Shown in pieces: positions 55,135-63,745 of a stretch of 64,000 nucleotides of DNA. The DNA is taken from contig CADCCP010000004.1 in the NCBI GenBank assembly GCA_902800005.1, forward strand, positions 3,773-67,772, read 5' to 3'. A model generated the notes under the pieces. That model was not told the origin of the DNA. It saw nothing but the letters and a program-made list of their open reading frames with translations, and ran no database searches. A program made the position numbers and the translations under genes. Each line of letters opens with the position of its first letter. The stretch's first letter is position 1. This stretch comes from an uncultured Ruminococcus sp. (lineage in GTDB: Bacteria > Bacillota > Clostridia > Oscillospirales > Acutalibacteraceae).

Positions 55135-55854
55135 TTTTTGGCAGAAGGTTTTTATTGAGTCGGAAACAAATTCAGCTGTACCTGCGGCGTGTTTGTCAAT
55201 GTTTGCTTTGAAACGCTCATCACAAACATACATTTGTCCCAAACCTGCAAGAATGTCATTGGTACAGGTGTAGAAATTGGCAGTTATGAAGTCTTTGAGT
55301 TTTTGCACAAGTGCTTGTACATCACTGTCAGAAGATTTCAATCCGTTTTTCATGCAGACCGAAAATTCTCCAAAAATGCCGTCAAAGTCTGCATAAACAT
55401 CAGTTTTGATATTTTTGGACTGAAATTCCTTGTAGGCGGATGTATTGCCCCAACGGGATTCAGCTTCTTCTTTGAAATCGCTGACAGCATTTTCATATTG
55501 TGTGTTGTCGAAAGTATCTTTCATATTGATCTCTCCTTTTTGTTCGATAGTTTCAAGGGCTGAAATGATTTTTTCCAGCCTTTGTTTTTTGAGGGTGAGA
55601 AGATGTTTCTGATGTCGGACAGCAGTATATTTGTCGTAGTCGGGAGATGAAAGTATATCGCATATCTCTTTGAGCGGGAAGTCAAGCTCTCGGTAAAACA
55701 ATATCTCCTGCATACGTTCAAGCGACTTTTCATCATAATATCTGTAACCGTTGTTTTTGTCGGTAAAGGACGGTTTAAGCAGACCTGTTTTATCATAATA
55801 GTGCAGTGTCCTGACGGTAACGCCCGTTAATTCCGCAAATTCCTTTATAAGCAT
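55132..55854 (-). CDS. MerR family regulator with TipAS-like C-terminal domain
   Basis: MLIKEFAELTGVTVRTLHYYDKTGLL HTH and a long C-terminal helical domain; 240 aa from the ATG. Confidence 0.82.
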   Translation of the reverse strand: MLIKEFAELTGVTVRTLHYYDKTGLLKPSFTDKNNGYRYYDEKSLERMQEILFYRELDFPLKEICDILSSPDYDKYTAVRHQKHLLTLKKQRLEKIISALETIEQKGEINMKDTFDNTQYENAVSDFKEEAESRWGNTSAYKEFQSKNIKTDVYADFDGIFGEFSVCMKNGLKSSDSDVQALVQKLKDFITANFYTCTNDILAGLGQMYVCDERFKANIDKHAAGTAEFVSDSIKTFCQK

Positions 55855-55919
55855 TTTCAAGTTTCTCACCTCTTAAACAAGTATAAACTATGACGTAAGG
55901 TCAATGTCAATGGTTTTAA

Positions 55920-55957
55920 TAAAAAAACTCCGAAAAGTTTTTTGAGCTTTTCGGAGT
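55920..55957 (-). terminator. rho-independent terminator of prs
   Basis: On the - strand: ACTCCGAAAAG ctcaaaaaa CTTTTCGGAGT followed by TTTTTTT. Confidence 0.8.
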
Positions 55958-55967
55958 TTTCTATAAG

Positions 55968-56930
55968 TCAGTTCACGAATATGGAAGAAACAGGCTTGTC
56001 CGTATAAATTCTCTCGATAGCCTCTGCAAACACGGGGGCAATGGGGAGTATCGTGAATTTGTCAAGCATTTTTTCTTCGGGCAGGCTTATCGTATCAAGA
56101 AGCACGACTTCTTTCATTACACTGTCTTTCATTCTCTGTATAGCGGGACCTGAAAGAACGGCATGGGTAGCACCGGCATAAACTTCTGTAGCACCGCCTC
56201 TTTCGATAACAGCCTTTGCAGCATTGCAGAGAGTGCCGGCGGTATCTATCATGTCATCAACAAGAATAACTTTCTTACCCTTGACTTCACCGATAATGCT
56301 CATAACTTCACATTCATTCGGTCTGGGACGGCGTTTATCGATGATAGCTATGGAACAGCCCAGTCTTGCGGCAAAGTTTCTTGCTCTTGTTACAGAACCC
56401 AAGTCGGGCGATACGACTACATAATCATCGGGCTTTCCGTTGATCTTATCTTTGAAGTAGTTGGCGAGGATCGGTGCACCTACAAGATGATCGACGGGGA
56501 TATTGAAAAATCCCTGTATCTGAGCGGCGTGAAGATCCATTGTAAGAACACGGTCGGCACCTGCGGTGGTGATAAGATCGGCAACGAGTTTTGCAGAGAT
56601 CGGATCTCTTGCCTTTGCCTTTCTGTCCTGACGGGCATATCCGAAATACGGAATGACCGCTGTGATCCTTGCGGCAGATGCACGCTTCATGGCATCGATC
56701 ATAATGAGCAATTCCATTATGTTGTCATTGACGGGCGTGGAGGTGGACTGCACGATAAAACACTCCGAGCCTCTTACAGACTCATGCAGAGATACAGCTA
56801 CCTCACCGTCACTGAAATGAGTCACTTCCGAGTTGCCGACAGGCAATCCCAATTTTTTAGCGATCTGTTCTGCAACAGGTCTGTTGGAATTGCAGGTAAA
56901 AATTTTAATGTCCTTGCCGTGAAAATTCAT
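55968..56930 (-). CDS. prs: ribose-phosphate pyrophosphokinase
   Basis: YFGYARQDRK and VILVDDMIDTAGT PRPP-binding motifs; 320 aa. Confidence 0.95.
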   Translation of the reverse strand: MNFHGKDIKIFTCNSNRPVAEQIAKKLGLPVGNSEVTHFSDGEVAVSLHESVRGSECFIVQSTSTPVNDNIMELLIMIDAMKRASAARITAVIPYFGYARQDRKAKARDPISAKLVADLITTAGADRVLTMDLHAAQIQGFFNIPVDHLVGAPILANYFKDKINGKPDDYVVVSPDLGSVTRARNFAARLGCSIAIIDKRRPRPNECEVMSIIGEVKGKKVILVDDMIDTAGTLCNAAKAVIERGGATEVYAGATHAVLSGPAIQRMKDSVMKEVVLLDTISLPEEKMLDKFTILPIAPVFAEAIERIYTDKPVSSIFVN

Positions 56931-57108
56931 TTTAAAACTCCTCCAATTTTTGATTTTGGATAAAACTCTATAAGTAACATTTTAATACCTATTCGACAAA
57001 AAATCAAGTTTTTATGCCCATAACCTGCACTTTTTTTGAATAATCGTGCTATTTTGCGAAAAAAAGGCATTTATCCTTTAAAATATGATTGATTATGCAC
57101 AATATTTT

Positions 57109-58071
57109 TTACAGGCTTTGACTTTTAAGGCAGGAATTTCCTACAGACATATTGTCAGAAATACTGCAATCTGTGATGAATGCAGAAGGTCCGATAAGGC
57201 AAAATGAACCTATTTTTGTATTTCCGCAGATAACGCTTGACGGAAGAATGACGGTATTGCATCCTATTTCAACATCAGTACCGATCATAACACCGTCTGT
57301 GCAGGGGATGTTCACACCGTTTTTCATATGTTTGTGAAGTATCCTTTTTCTTGCAATATCGTTGAGCTGTGCAAGCTGTATGCAATCGTTTGCACCGAGT
57401 ACGGAATCTGCATTTTTCGCCTTGTATGCAAGAACAGTTTTTCCTGTCTGCTTGATGGCAAAGATAGTGTCTGTAAGATAATACTCCCCTGTTTTCGCAC
57501 TCTTTTTGAGTGTCTTGAGGGCATCGAGCAGGGCATCGACTTCAAAACGATATACACCCGAATTAACTTCTTTTATCTTTCTTATCTCATCGGTAGCTTC
57601 TTTTTCTTCAACGATAGCTTGGAGCATGGAATTTTCATGAATGATCCTTCCGTAGCCTGTAGGATCTTCTATCTCGGCTGATACGACTGTACAACTGTTT
57701 TTTCCGCTGACGGCAAGGACTTCTTTTATTGTGTCCGCATCAATGAACGGTGCATCACCGTTCAATATGACCACATCACCGCCACGATGTCTTTCAAGAA
57801 AATCCGTTGCCTGCATGACAGCATGACCTGTACCGAGCCTTTCGGACTGAAAGACACGTTCAACTTCAAAGGGAAGTGTATCAAGATAGGCTTCCACAAA
57901 TTCATGTTTGCTTCCGGTCACAACGCATATATCATTTATACCTGCTTCCCTTACGGCATCTATCACCCATTTTATCATAGGCTTGAACATGACCTCTGCA
58001 AGCACTTTCGGACGTTTGGAGTTCATTCTCTTTCCTTCACCGCCTGCCAATATTACCGCACTTGTATCCAT
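57109..58071 (-). CDS. glmU: GlmU-like UDP-GlcNAc pyrophosphorylase, short form lacking most of the acetyltransferase domain
   Basis: AVILAGGEGKRM, LGTGHAV and canonical glmU-prs synteny. It has only about 70 aa of left-handed beta-helix after the linker and stops at 320 aa. Confidence 0.75.
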   Translation of the reverse strand: MDTSAVILAGGEGKRMNSKRPKVLAEVMFKPMIKWVIDAVREAGINDICVVTGSKHEFVEAYLDTLPFEVERVFQSERLGTGHAVMQATDFLERHRGGDVVILNGDAPFIDADTIKEVLAVSGKNSCTVVSAEIEDPTGYGRIIHENSMLQAIVEEKEATDEIRKIKEVNSGVYRFEVDALLDALKTLKKSAKTGEYYLTDTIFAIKQTGKTVLAYKAKNADSVLGANDCIQLAQLNDIARKRILHKHMKNGVNIPCTDGVMIGTDVEIGCNTVILPSSVICGNTKIGSFCLIGPSAFITDCSISDNMSVGNSCLKSQSL

Positions 58072-58099
58072 ATCAAAACCTCCGTTTTAAAAATTTTTT

Positions 58100-58816
58100 T
58101 CAGAAAATATTATATGCATTTTTCATCATGTCTTCTTTTTCAAGTATCTTTCTTGACATATTATACCAGTTCATGCAGTTGTCAAGTATTATCGCATCAC
58201 TTGAAACAACTATACCGTTTATCTGTTTGAGTGCATAGTCAACTTCATTCATAATGATAACTTCTGTTTCAAAGCTGTATTTTTCAAAAGTTTCTTTGAT
58301 TTTTTTACCGAGCCTTCCCGAATTGGAGACGGGTGAATCAAGGTAAAATACGGCTTTTTTTATTCTGCTCTCACTCAGAAATTCCCCTATGGCATTAACA
58401 GCCAAGTCCGTTTTATCTATAAGCCTGTAAGTGCCACGCAAGCCCGCCAGATCTCTTACAGTACCGTCCATGCACTCAAACACGGGTGAGCCAGAAAAAG
58501 CGACTTCAAGTGTGATGACGGTATTGAAGCCGTCTATGAAAAGCACAGCACCTTCCGGCAAAACAGAAATTTCCTTTTGTTTCCGCACTTCAAGCTGAAT
58601 ATCAGAGGATATTGACCTCACCAATGCAAGCCTTTGTCTTTCGGAAAGTGTATAGTGGTTTCCAACAAAAACAGAAGCATTTTTTATCGGATAGCCTTGA
58701 TCGACAAGATATTTTATATCCCGTGAAGCTGTTCTAAGTATCTTCAATGCCTCTTCGGAAAAAAATTTCTCATCTTCGGGGACATATCCCCTTGCAACAG
58801 TTTTTATGTCTGACAC
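58100..58816 (-). CDS. hypothetical protein (DUF434-like N-terminus, PIN/NYN-like C-terminal half)
   Basis: 238 aa with LFIDGFNTVITLE (compare the DGYN motif of YacP/NYN nucleases). GTG start immediately after GGGG, so the start is uncertain. Confidence 0.5.
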   Translation of the reverse strand: MSDIKTVARGYVPEDEKFFSEEALKILRTASRDIKYLVDQGYPIKNASVFVGNHYTLSERQRLALVRSISSDIQLEVRKQKEISVLPEGAVLFIDGFNTVITLEVAFSGSPVFECMDGTVRDLAGLRGTYRLIDKTDLAVNAIGEFLSESRIKKAVFYLDSPVSNSGRLGKKIKETFEKYSFETEVIIMNEVDYALKQINGIVVSSDAIILDNCMNWYNMSRKILEKEDMMKNAYNIF

Positions 58817-58833
58817 CCCTTTTTTAAAGAAAA

Positions 58834-58910
58834 ATAAATAGTGAATAACGAATCATACAGAACCACCGCTCTGCCATACATATTCATTACTCACTATCCA
58901 TTATTCATTG
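58834..58910 (-). repeat. heptad-periodic inverted repeat (GAATAAT/GTGAATA type) between tRNA-Leu and the next gene
   Basis: On the + strand the arms are ATAAATAGTGAATAACGAATCATA (58834-57) and CATATTCATTACTCACTATCCATTATTCATTG (58879-910). Pairing is imperfect and the arm has 7-nt periodicity (ATTCATT ACTCACT ATCCATT ATTCATT). Confidence 0.7.
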
Positions 58911-58914
58911 ATAC

Positions 58915-59014
58915 TGCCGGTAACCGGACTCGAACCGGTACGGATTCGAACCGGTACGGATTTTACTCCGAGGGATTTTAAGTCCCTTGCGTCTGCCTAT
59001 TTCGCCATACCGGC
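58915..59014 (-). tRNA. tRNA-Leu (anticodon UAA), 100 nt, with a 16-nt tandem duplication at the variable-arm/T-arm junction
   Basis: - strand sequence: GCCGGTA TG GCG AAATAGGCAGA CGC A AGGGA CTTAAAA TCCCT CGGAGTAAAATCCGT [ACCGGTTCGAATCCGT] ACCGG TTCGAGT CCGGT TACCGGC A. All stems are canonical once the bracketed copy is ignored. No CCA is encoded. Confidence 0.75.
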
Positions 59015-59218
59015 AAATTCAATACCGGTTTCATTATAATACATTAACTCCAAAATGTCAAGTTTTTTGTAAAAAACAATATGTTATCTTTAATCTGCAA
59101 ATTTGCTTAAAAAAATGCATTCCATATACGATTTTATGCAATTTATCAAAACGTAATTGACAAATCACTTGATGTGTTTTATAATGAATAAAAAAGATTC
59201 ACAGGAGGTTTTTTTGAT

Positions 59219-62200
59219 ATGAAGATAAGGAAATATCTTAAAAAAGCGGCTTGCATAGCAGCTTCGGCAGCAGTAATGACCGCTTCGAGTTCTGCAACGG
59301 TGTTTGCAAGGGACTATTACGGTTATGACTGTAAGTCAACCAAAATATCAGCTCCCAACTCCGTTCAGGGAGAAGTGGACGGACTTTCAAATGACCGAAA
59401 TACAAGCTACAATACACAGATGGCTGAAAGAAACGGCAGTATTTATATTGCCACATACAGAAATGTGCTTGTCAATGCGGGAGAGAGCCTTTCAAAAGCA
59501 TACGGACACGACTTTATGAGCGGTGAAGTCAGGGCGATAAACAACGTCATAACTAACGGCGATATTCCCGAAACAGGCGATGACGGCGGTGCATATCTGA
59601 TGAAATATGACAAGAAGTCGGGCAATTTCTCAAAGCTGTACACATTCCCCAACGGTACACGCATTACAGCGGCTATAACTTATGGTGAAGATGTGTATTT
59701 CAGCACATACGCTGTGTACGGTGAAAATATTAAAGGCTGTGTTTACAAATGTGACACGAATGACAAAATTGAAGAAGTGACCGATAATTTCGGTGCATTG
59801 AGTTCGGCTTCGCAGTGTATCTATAATAATAAACTGTATCTTGCAGGCATTCACGGCAAGGTCACCGATGTAACCTCTGCCACAGTTTTTTGCTTTGAAG
59901 AGGACGGTGGTCTCTTTCCGGTTGCCGATTACAACGATTTCGGTGAATATGCTTCCTCTGATCTGTTCACAGGCATATCAACAGTACCGTCTATGGCACT
60001 TACGAGCTATAAGGGATATATCTATTTAACAATGCCCCATAAATACGGTCCTGTCTTGTTCAGAGGACACTCTGCCGAATACGGCGAAAAAGCAAATGAA
60101 TACGGCTGGCACTGGGAAAAGATCGTTGGCACCGATCTTGGCGATTCTCTCGAAGTCGATGAATATGTGCTGAGAAAGGGCTATTCTTTCGGTCCGATAT
60201 ATGGTGCAACTGTTGTATTCAATGATGAACTTTATCTGTATAACTGCGATAACGTCATAAACGGATTTGTAGATGCCAATAAGGGAATAGCCGAAGAATT
60301 TTTCAGTGTGGATGATGTATATCCGAGCCAGTATCTCGGAATCCTTGACGATTCTCTCGTACATCATCAGAATTTGTGGAAGTTTAATGATAACACAGGT
60401 AAATTTGAAGTTTGCAAAGGATTTTCAGAACTTATGAAAAATACCTGCAACGAGTATGTATGGAGTGCCGAAGTTTACAACGGAGAGCTTTATCTTGCAA
60501 CGATGGACATGGCAACGGTTTACGGCTATCTCACAAAGTTTGCAGGCAAGACTATTGAAAAGATGACACCCGATGAACTTGAAAAACAGGTAGAATATCT
60601 GAAAGAACTTAAAAACTATCTTAGTGAAGAACACATCGACGCATTCGGTCAGAAAATGTCACGCAGACTTAACGAACTTTCAAAAGAAACAAATGAACTC
60701 ATTGAATATATTCAAAATTCCAACATCATTGACAGCGACATGATACAGAGATTTCAGGCAAAATTTGAGGATATAACAAAACAGCTTGAAAATCTTGCAA
60801 ATGATGTTGTGGCAGAGTTTGACGAGGAAACAATAAAGTCTGCATTGTCATACATTCAGTCAAAGTTAGACTCTGTCATGGAAAACGGTAAAGGATTTGC
60901 AAACGGTCTTGCTGACATCGTCGGCAGGGATAAAGCAGAACAGCTTAAAGAAAAAATCAAGGAGTTCATCAGCGAACTTGAAAATGATGAAGATCTGGAA
61001 GACCTTCCCGAGCAGCTGCAAGAGTTATTCTCATATTACAGCAAAATATCGGAGTATGCAGAAAAATCCATGAAAATCACTGAAACCATAGAAAATATGA
61101 CAGAGGATATTCTGAACAGTATTGATGGTGAATATGAAAGGGCAATGGCAAGAAGTTATATCACATTCGGCGTATTTGAGCAGTTGGGACTTTTAAAAGA
61201 ATATGAAGATAGTGATGTGTATGAAGAGAATATTGATCCCATTCTGGTGTTCGGAGCTGAAAAGGCTGCACAGATAGAGGAAAAATTGCCTGAATTTATC
61301 AGCCTGTACAATGACGCCGAATTGAATGAGCTTCTTGATAAATACATTGAGACCGGAACCGATGAAGCCCTTGCCGCTTTCGAGGAGAAAGACTCTGAAA
61401 TACAGAAGAAAATAAATGATATTATTGATGAACTCACGAAGGAACTTGATGAAGAAATAGCCTATGAAATAGAGCAATATATGTATTCACAGGCACTTTC
61501 TGTCAGTACGACTAACGGTGAAGAAGAATACATAGATGAAATATTCGGCAAGGAAAAAGCCGATGAAATTCGTCAGACCATCTTGGAAACTGCCGAACAG
61601 CTCGAAAATGATGAAGAATTCATGGCACTTGCAGAAGAACTCGAATCAAATATGACAGAGTTCTCTCCCGAAAATCTCGGCATAACAAAAACCATAGAAA
61701 AAATTGCAGAAAAATTCAATGAGAAATTGTCAGGCTTAGCAATAGACATTGATGAAGAAACCGTTGAAAAAATAGCACAGTATTTTGCTGAGAATCTTCC
61801 GTCACTCATACCGCAGGATATTGATATAAAGGAAATGCTCGGTCAGAAGAAAGTAACAAAACTTTCCATGATCGCCGCTAAATACATGATGAAATTCAAT
61901 AATGACGAAGAACTGCAAGAACTTATATCGTATGTACAGAATTGGCTGTCCGATTCTCCGCAGAGCATTGTCTGGGATATAAAAGATATATATTCTTCTA
62001 TCAACTGGAGCGGTCTGGAAACGTATTCCAAAATTGCATATATGGTAAACAACAATAATGCCGGTTTTGACCTTATAAAGACCTCTGACGGTGTGGATTT
62101 TGAGCTTGTCACAGATGACGGCTTCGGTGACAGATATAACTATGGTATACCGTCAATGCTTGCAACGGACGAGGGACTCTATATGGGTACAGCTAACCCG

Positions 62201-62470
62201 TTCTATGGAAGTCAGCTCTGGCTTTTGACCACCTCCACAGGCTCAAACAACATTCCCATTGATAACAAAGGACAGAACGGCAATTCCAACAACAATAACA
62301 GCAATACCAATAACAACAATACCGGCAATAACAATACCGGCAATGGCAACACAGGAAATACCGATTCACCTGCAACGGGTGACGGCAGAAATGTCGTTCC
62401 TGCACTTGCAGCACTCATGCTTTCATCTGCAGCAGTTATCGCCTTCAGAAAAAGAAGGTCTGCCAAATAA
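59219..62470 (+). CDS. sortase-anchored surface protein: beta-propeller interrupted by a large acidic helical repeat region
   Basis: Signal peptide (AASAAVMTASSSATVFA), recurring blade motifs (NGSIYIAT, GEDVYFST, NNKLYLAG, KGYIYLTM, NDELYLYN, NGELYLAT ... DEGLYMGT), an Asn-rich linker, then SPATG (62366-62380) plus a hydrophobic stretch and RKRRSAK. Confidence 0.8.
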   Translation: MKIRKYLKKAACIAASAAVMTASSSATVFARDYYGYDCKSTKISAPNSVQGEVDGLSNDRNTSYNTQMAERNGSIYIATYRNVLVNAGESLSKAYGHDFMSGEVRAINNVITNGDIPETGDDGGAYLMKYDKKSGNFSKLYTFPNGTRITAAITYGEDVYFSTYAVYGENIKGCVYKCDTNDKIEEVTDNFGALSSASQCIYNNKLYLAGIHGKVTDVTSATVFCFEEDGGLFPVADYNDFGEYASSDLFTGISTVPSMALTSYKGYIYLTMPHKYGPVLFRGHSAEYGEKANEYGWHWEKIVGTDLGDSLEVDEYVLRKGYSFGPIYGATVVFNDELYLYNCDNVINGFVDANKGIAEEFFSVDDVYPSQYLGILDDSLVHHQNLWKFNDNTGKFEVCKGFSELMKNTCNEYVWSAEVYNGELYLATMDMATVYGYLTKFAGKTIEKMTPDELEKQVEYLKELKNYLSEEHIDAFGQKMSRRLNELSKETNELIEYIQNSNIIDSDMIQRFQAKFEDITKQLENLANDVVAEFDEETIKSALSYIQSKLDSVMENGKGFANGLADIVGRDKAEQLKEKIKEFISELENDEDLEDLPEQLQELFSYYSKISEYAEKSMKITETIENMTEDILNSIDGEYERAMARSYITFGVFEQLGLLKEYEDSDVYEENIDPILVFGAEKAAQIEEKLPEFISLYNDAELNELLDKYIETGTDEALAAFEEKDSEIQKKINDIIDELTKELDEEIAYEIEQYMYSQALSVSTTNGEEEYIDEIFGKEKADEIRQTILETAEQLENDEEFMALAEELESNMTEFSPENLGITKTIEKIAEKFNEKLSGLAIDIDEETVEKIAQYFAENLPSLIPQDIDIKEMLGQKKVTKLSMIAAKYMMKFNNDEELQELISYVQNWLSDSPQSIVWDIKDIYSSINWSGLETYSKIAYMVNNNNAGFDLIKTSDGVDFELVTDDGFGDRYNYGIPSMLATDEGLYMGTANPFYGSQLWLLTTSTGSNNIPIDNKGQNGNSNNNNSNTNNNNTGNNNTGNGNTGNTDSPATGDGRNVVPALAALMLSSAAVIAFRKRRSAK

Positions 62471-62490
62471 TCACACAGCAGTATGAAACA

Positions 62491-62532
62491 AGGCTTGACA
62501 TCTGAAACTCTCAGATGTCAAGCCTTTTTTTA
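62491..62532 (+). terminator. rho-independent terminator
   Basis: AGGCTTGACATCTGA aactc TCAGATGTCAAGCCT followed by TTTTTTT. Confidence 0.85.
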
Positions 62533-62559
62533 TGTAATGGGGTTTTCACTTATCTGCTT

Positions 62560-62724
62560 TTATTCTTCTGTATTTTCGTTTTCCACATCATCTGATGAAA
62601 CGATACTTGTTGCCGTGTCATCTTCCGATACAACGGGAGCCGTATTTACAGCGGTCGCCGCTGCTGCCGTTATCATAAGTGTAAGTACCATTGCCGAAAT
62701 TTTTCTGTAATATCTGTTCTGCAC
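62560..62724 (-). CDS. possible small secreted acidic peptide (54 aa)
   Basis: GTG start 9 nt after AAGGAG: VQNRYYRKISAMVLTLMITAAAATAVNTAP|VVSEDDTATSIVSSDDVENENTEE. Below the ORF-track cutoff, and coding status is unproven. Confidence 0.3.
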   Translation of the reverse strand: MQNRYYRKISAMVLTLMITAAAATAVNTAPVVSEDDTATSIVSSDDVENENTEE

Positions 62725-62899
62725 TTGCAACAACTCCTTTGTTTTCTTTAAGTATAATATATCATGCTGTTTTATACTCGGTTTGAATTTCTTTTAAAAT
62801 ATTCTTGAATATTACCTTAAAAATCTTTAAGTTATTAACATTTTATGTTTTCGGGAATATAATGTATCAAAAGACAATTATTTCGGGAGATATTTCAAT

Positions 62900-63745
62900 A
62901 TGACCAATATAAACAATTTCGGGATCATCGGCGGTGACAAACGTCAGCTTTATTGTGCAAGGTCTGCCATAGATGACGGTTACGGCGTGTATATATGCGG
63001 TTTTGAAAAATGCGATACCCTGCTCGGAATGCAGCTTTCCGACTTAGAGGATACGCTGAGAAACTCTGATGCATTGATACTGCCCCTTCCCGTCACAAAG
63101 GACGGCATCACTCTGAATACTCCCCTTTCCAACGATATTATTTCCATTGACAAGCTCTTTGAACTCACAGACCACAAGCCTGTATTCTGCGGTATGGCAA
63201 ACAAACTTCCGCTTAAACGTGACAACATCTTTGACTACGGCACAAGAGAGGAATTTGCCGTTGCCAACGCTGTTCCCACAAGTGAGGGGGCTATAGAGAC
63301 CGCCATGCTGGAGTATGACGGTACTATCAACAGTTCAAAATGTCTCGTCACAGGCTACGGCAGGATCGGGCGTGTGCTTTCGGATATGCTTGCGGGACTC
63401 GGAGCGGACGTTACCGTCAGTGCAAGAAATCTCAAAGACCTTGAATTTATCAAAGCAAGAGGCTTCCATGCCGTGAATACAGGCGATCTTCACGGCAAAT
63501 TCGATATTATCTTCAATACCGTCCCTCATATCATCTTCAATGCCCGTATCCTTGCAAGAACAGCACAGAATGCCCTTGTAATAGACTTGGCTTCAATGCC
63601 CGGAGGCGTGGACTTCAAGGCGGCAGAAAGGCTCAATATCAAGGCTGTCCATGCACTGTCCTTACCCGGAAAAGTCGCTCCCAAAACCTCCGGCATAATT
63701 ATAAAAAATGCCGTCTACAACATTATCAGGGAGGAAAATCTATGA
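62900..63745 (+). CDS. dpaA: dipicolinate synthase subunit A
   Basis: 281 aa, Rossmann VTGYGRIGR, followed by dpaB with an ATGA overlap. Confidence 0.85.
   Translation: MTNINNFGIIGGDKRQLYCARSAIDDGYGVYICGFEKCDTLLGMQLSDLEDTLRNSDALILPLPVTKDGITLNTPLSNDIISIDKLFELTDHKPVFCGMANKLPLKRDNIFDYGTREEFAVANAVPTSEGAIETAMLEYDGTINSSKCLVTGYGRIGRVLSDMLAGLGADVTVSARNLKDLEFIKARGFHAVNTGDLHGKFDIIFNTVPHIIFNARILARTAQNALVIDLASMPGGVDFKAAERLNIKAVHALSLPGKVAPKTSGIIIKNAVYNIIREENL

Noticed and set aside
55855-55919. MerR-type operator (dyad within a 19-nt spacer promoter) upstream of the MerR/TipA-like gene
   Set aside because: A TTGACC box is present on the - strand, but I could not identify a convincing dyad or a properly spaced -10 box.
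56163-56963. 266-aa + strand ORF
   Set aside because: It is entirely antisense to the well-supported prs gene, with no RBS and a low-complexity, Cys-rich composition typical of shadow ORFs.
62483-62710. 75-aa + strand ORF after the surface-protein gene
   Set aside because: It begins inside the strong terminator hairpin (62491-62532) and has no RBS. The opposite strand has a better, though still weak, small-ORF candidate.
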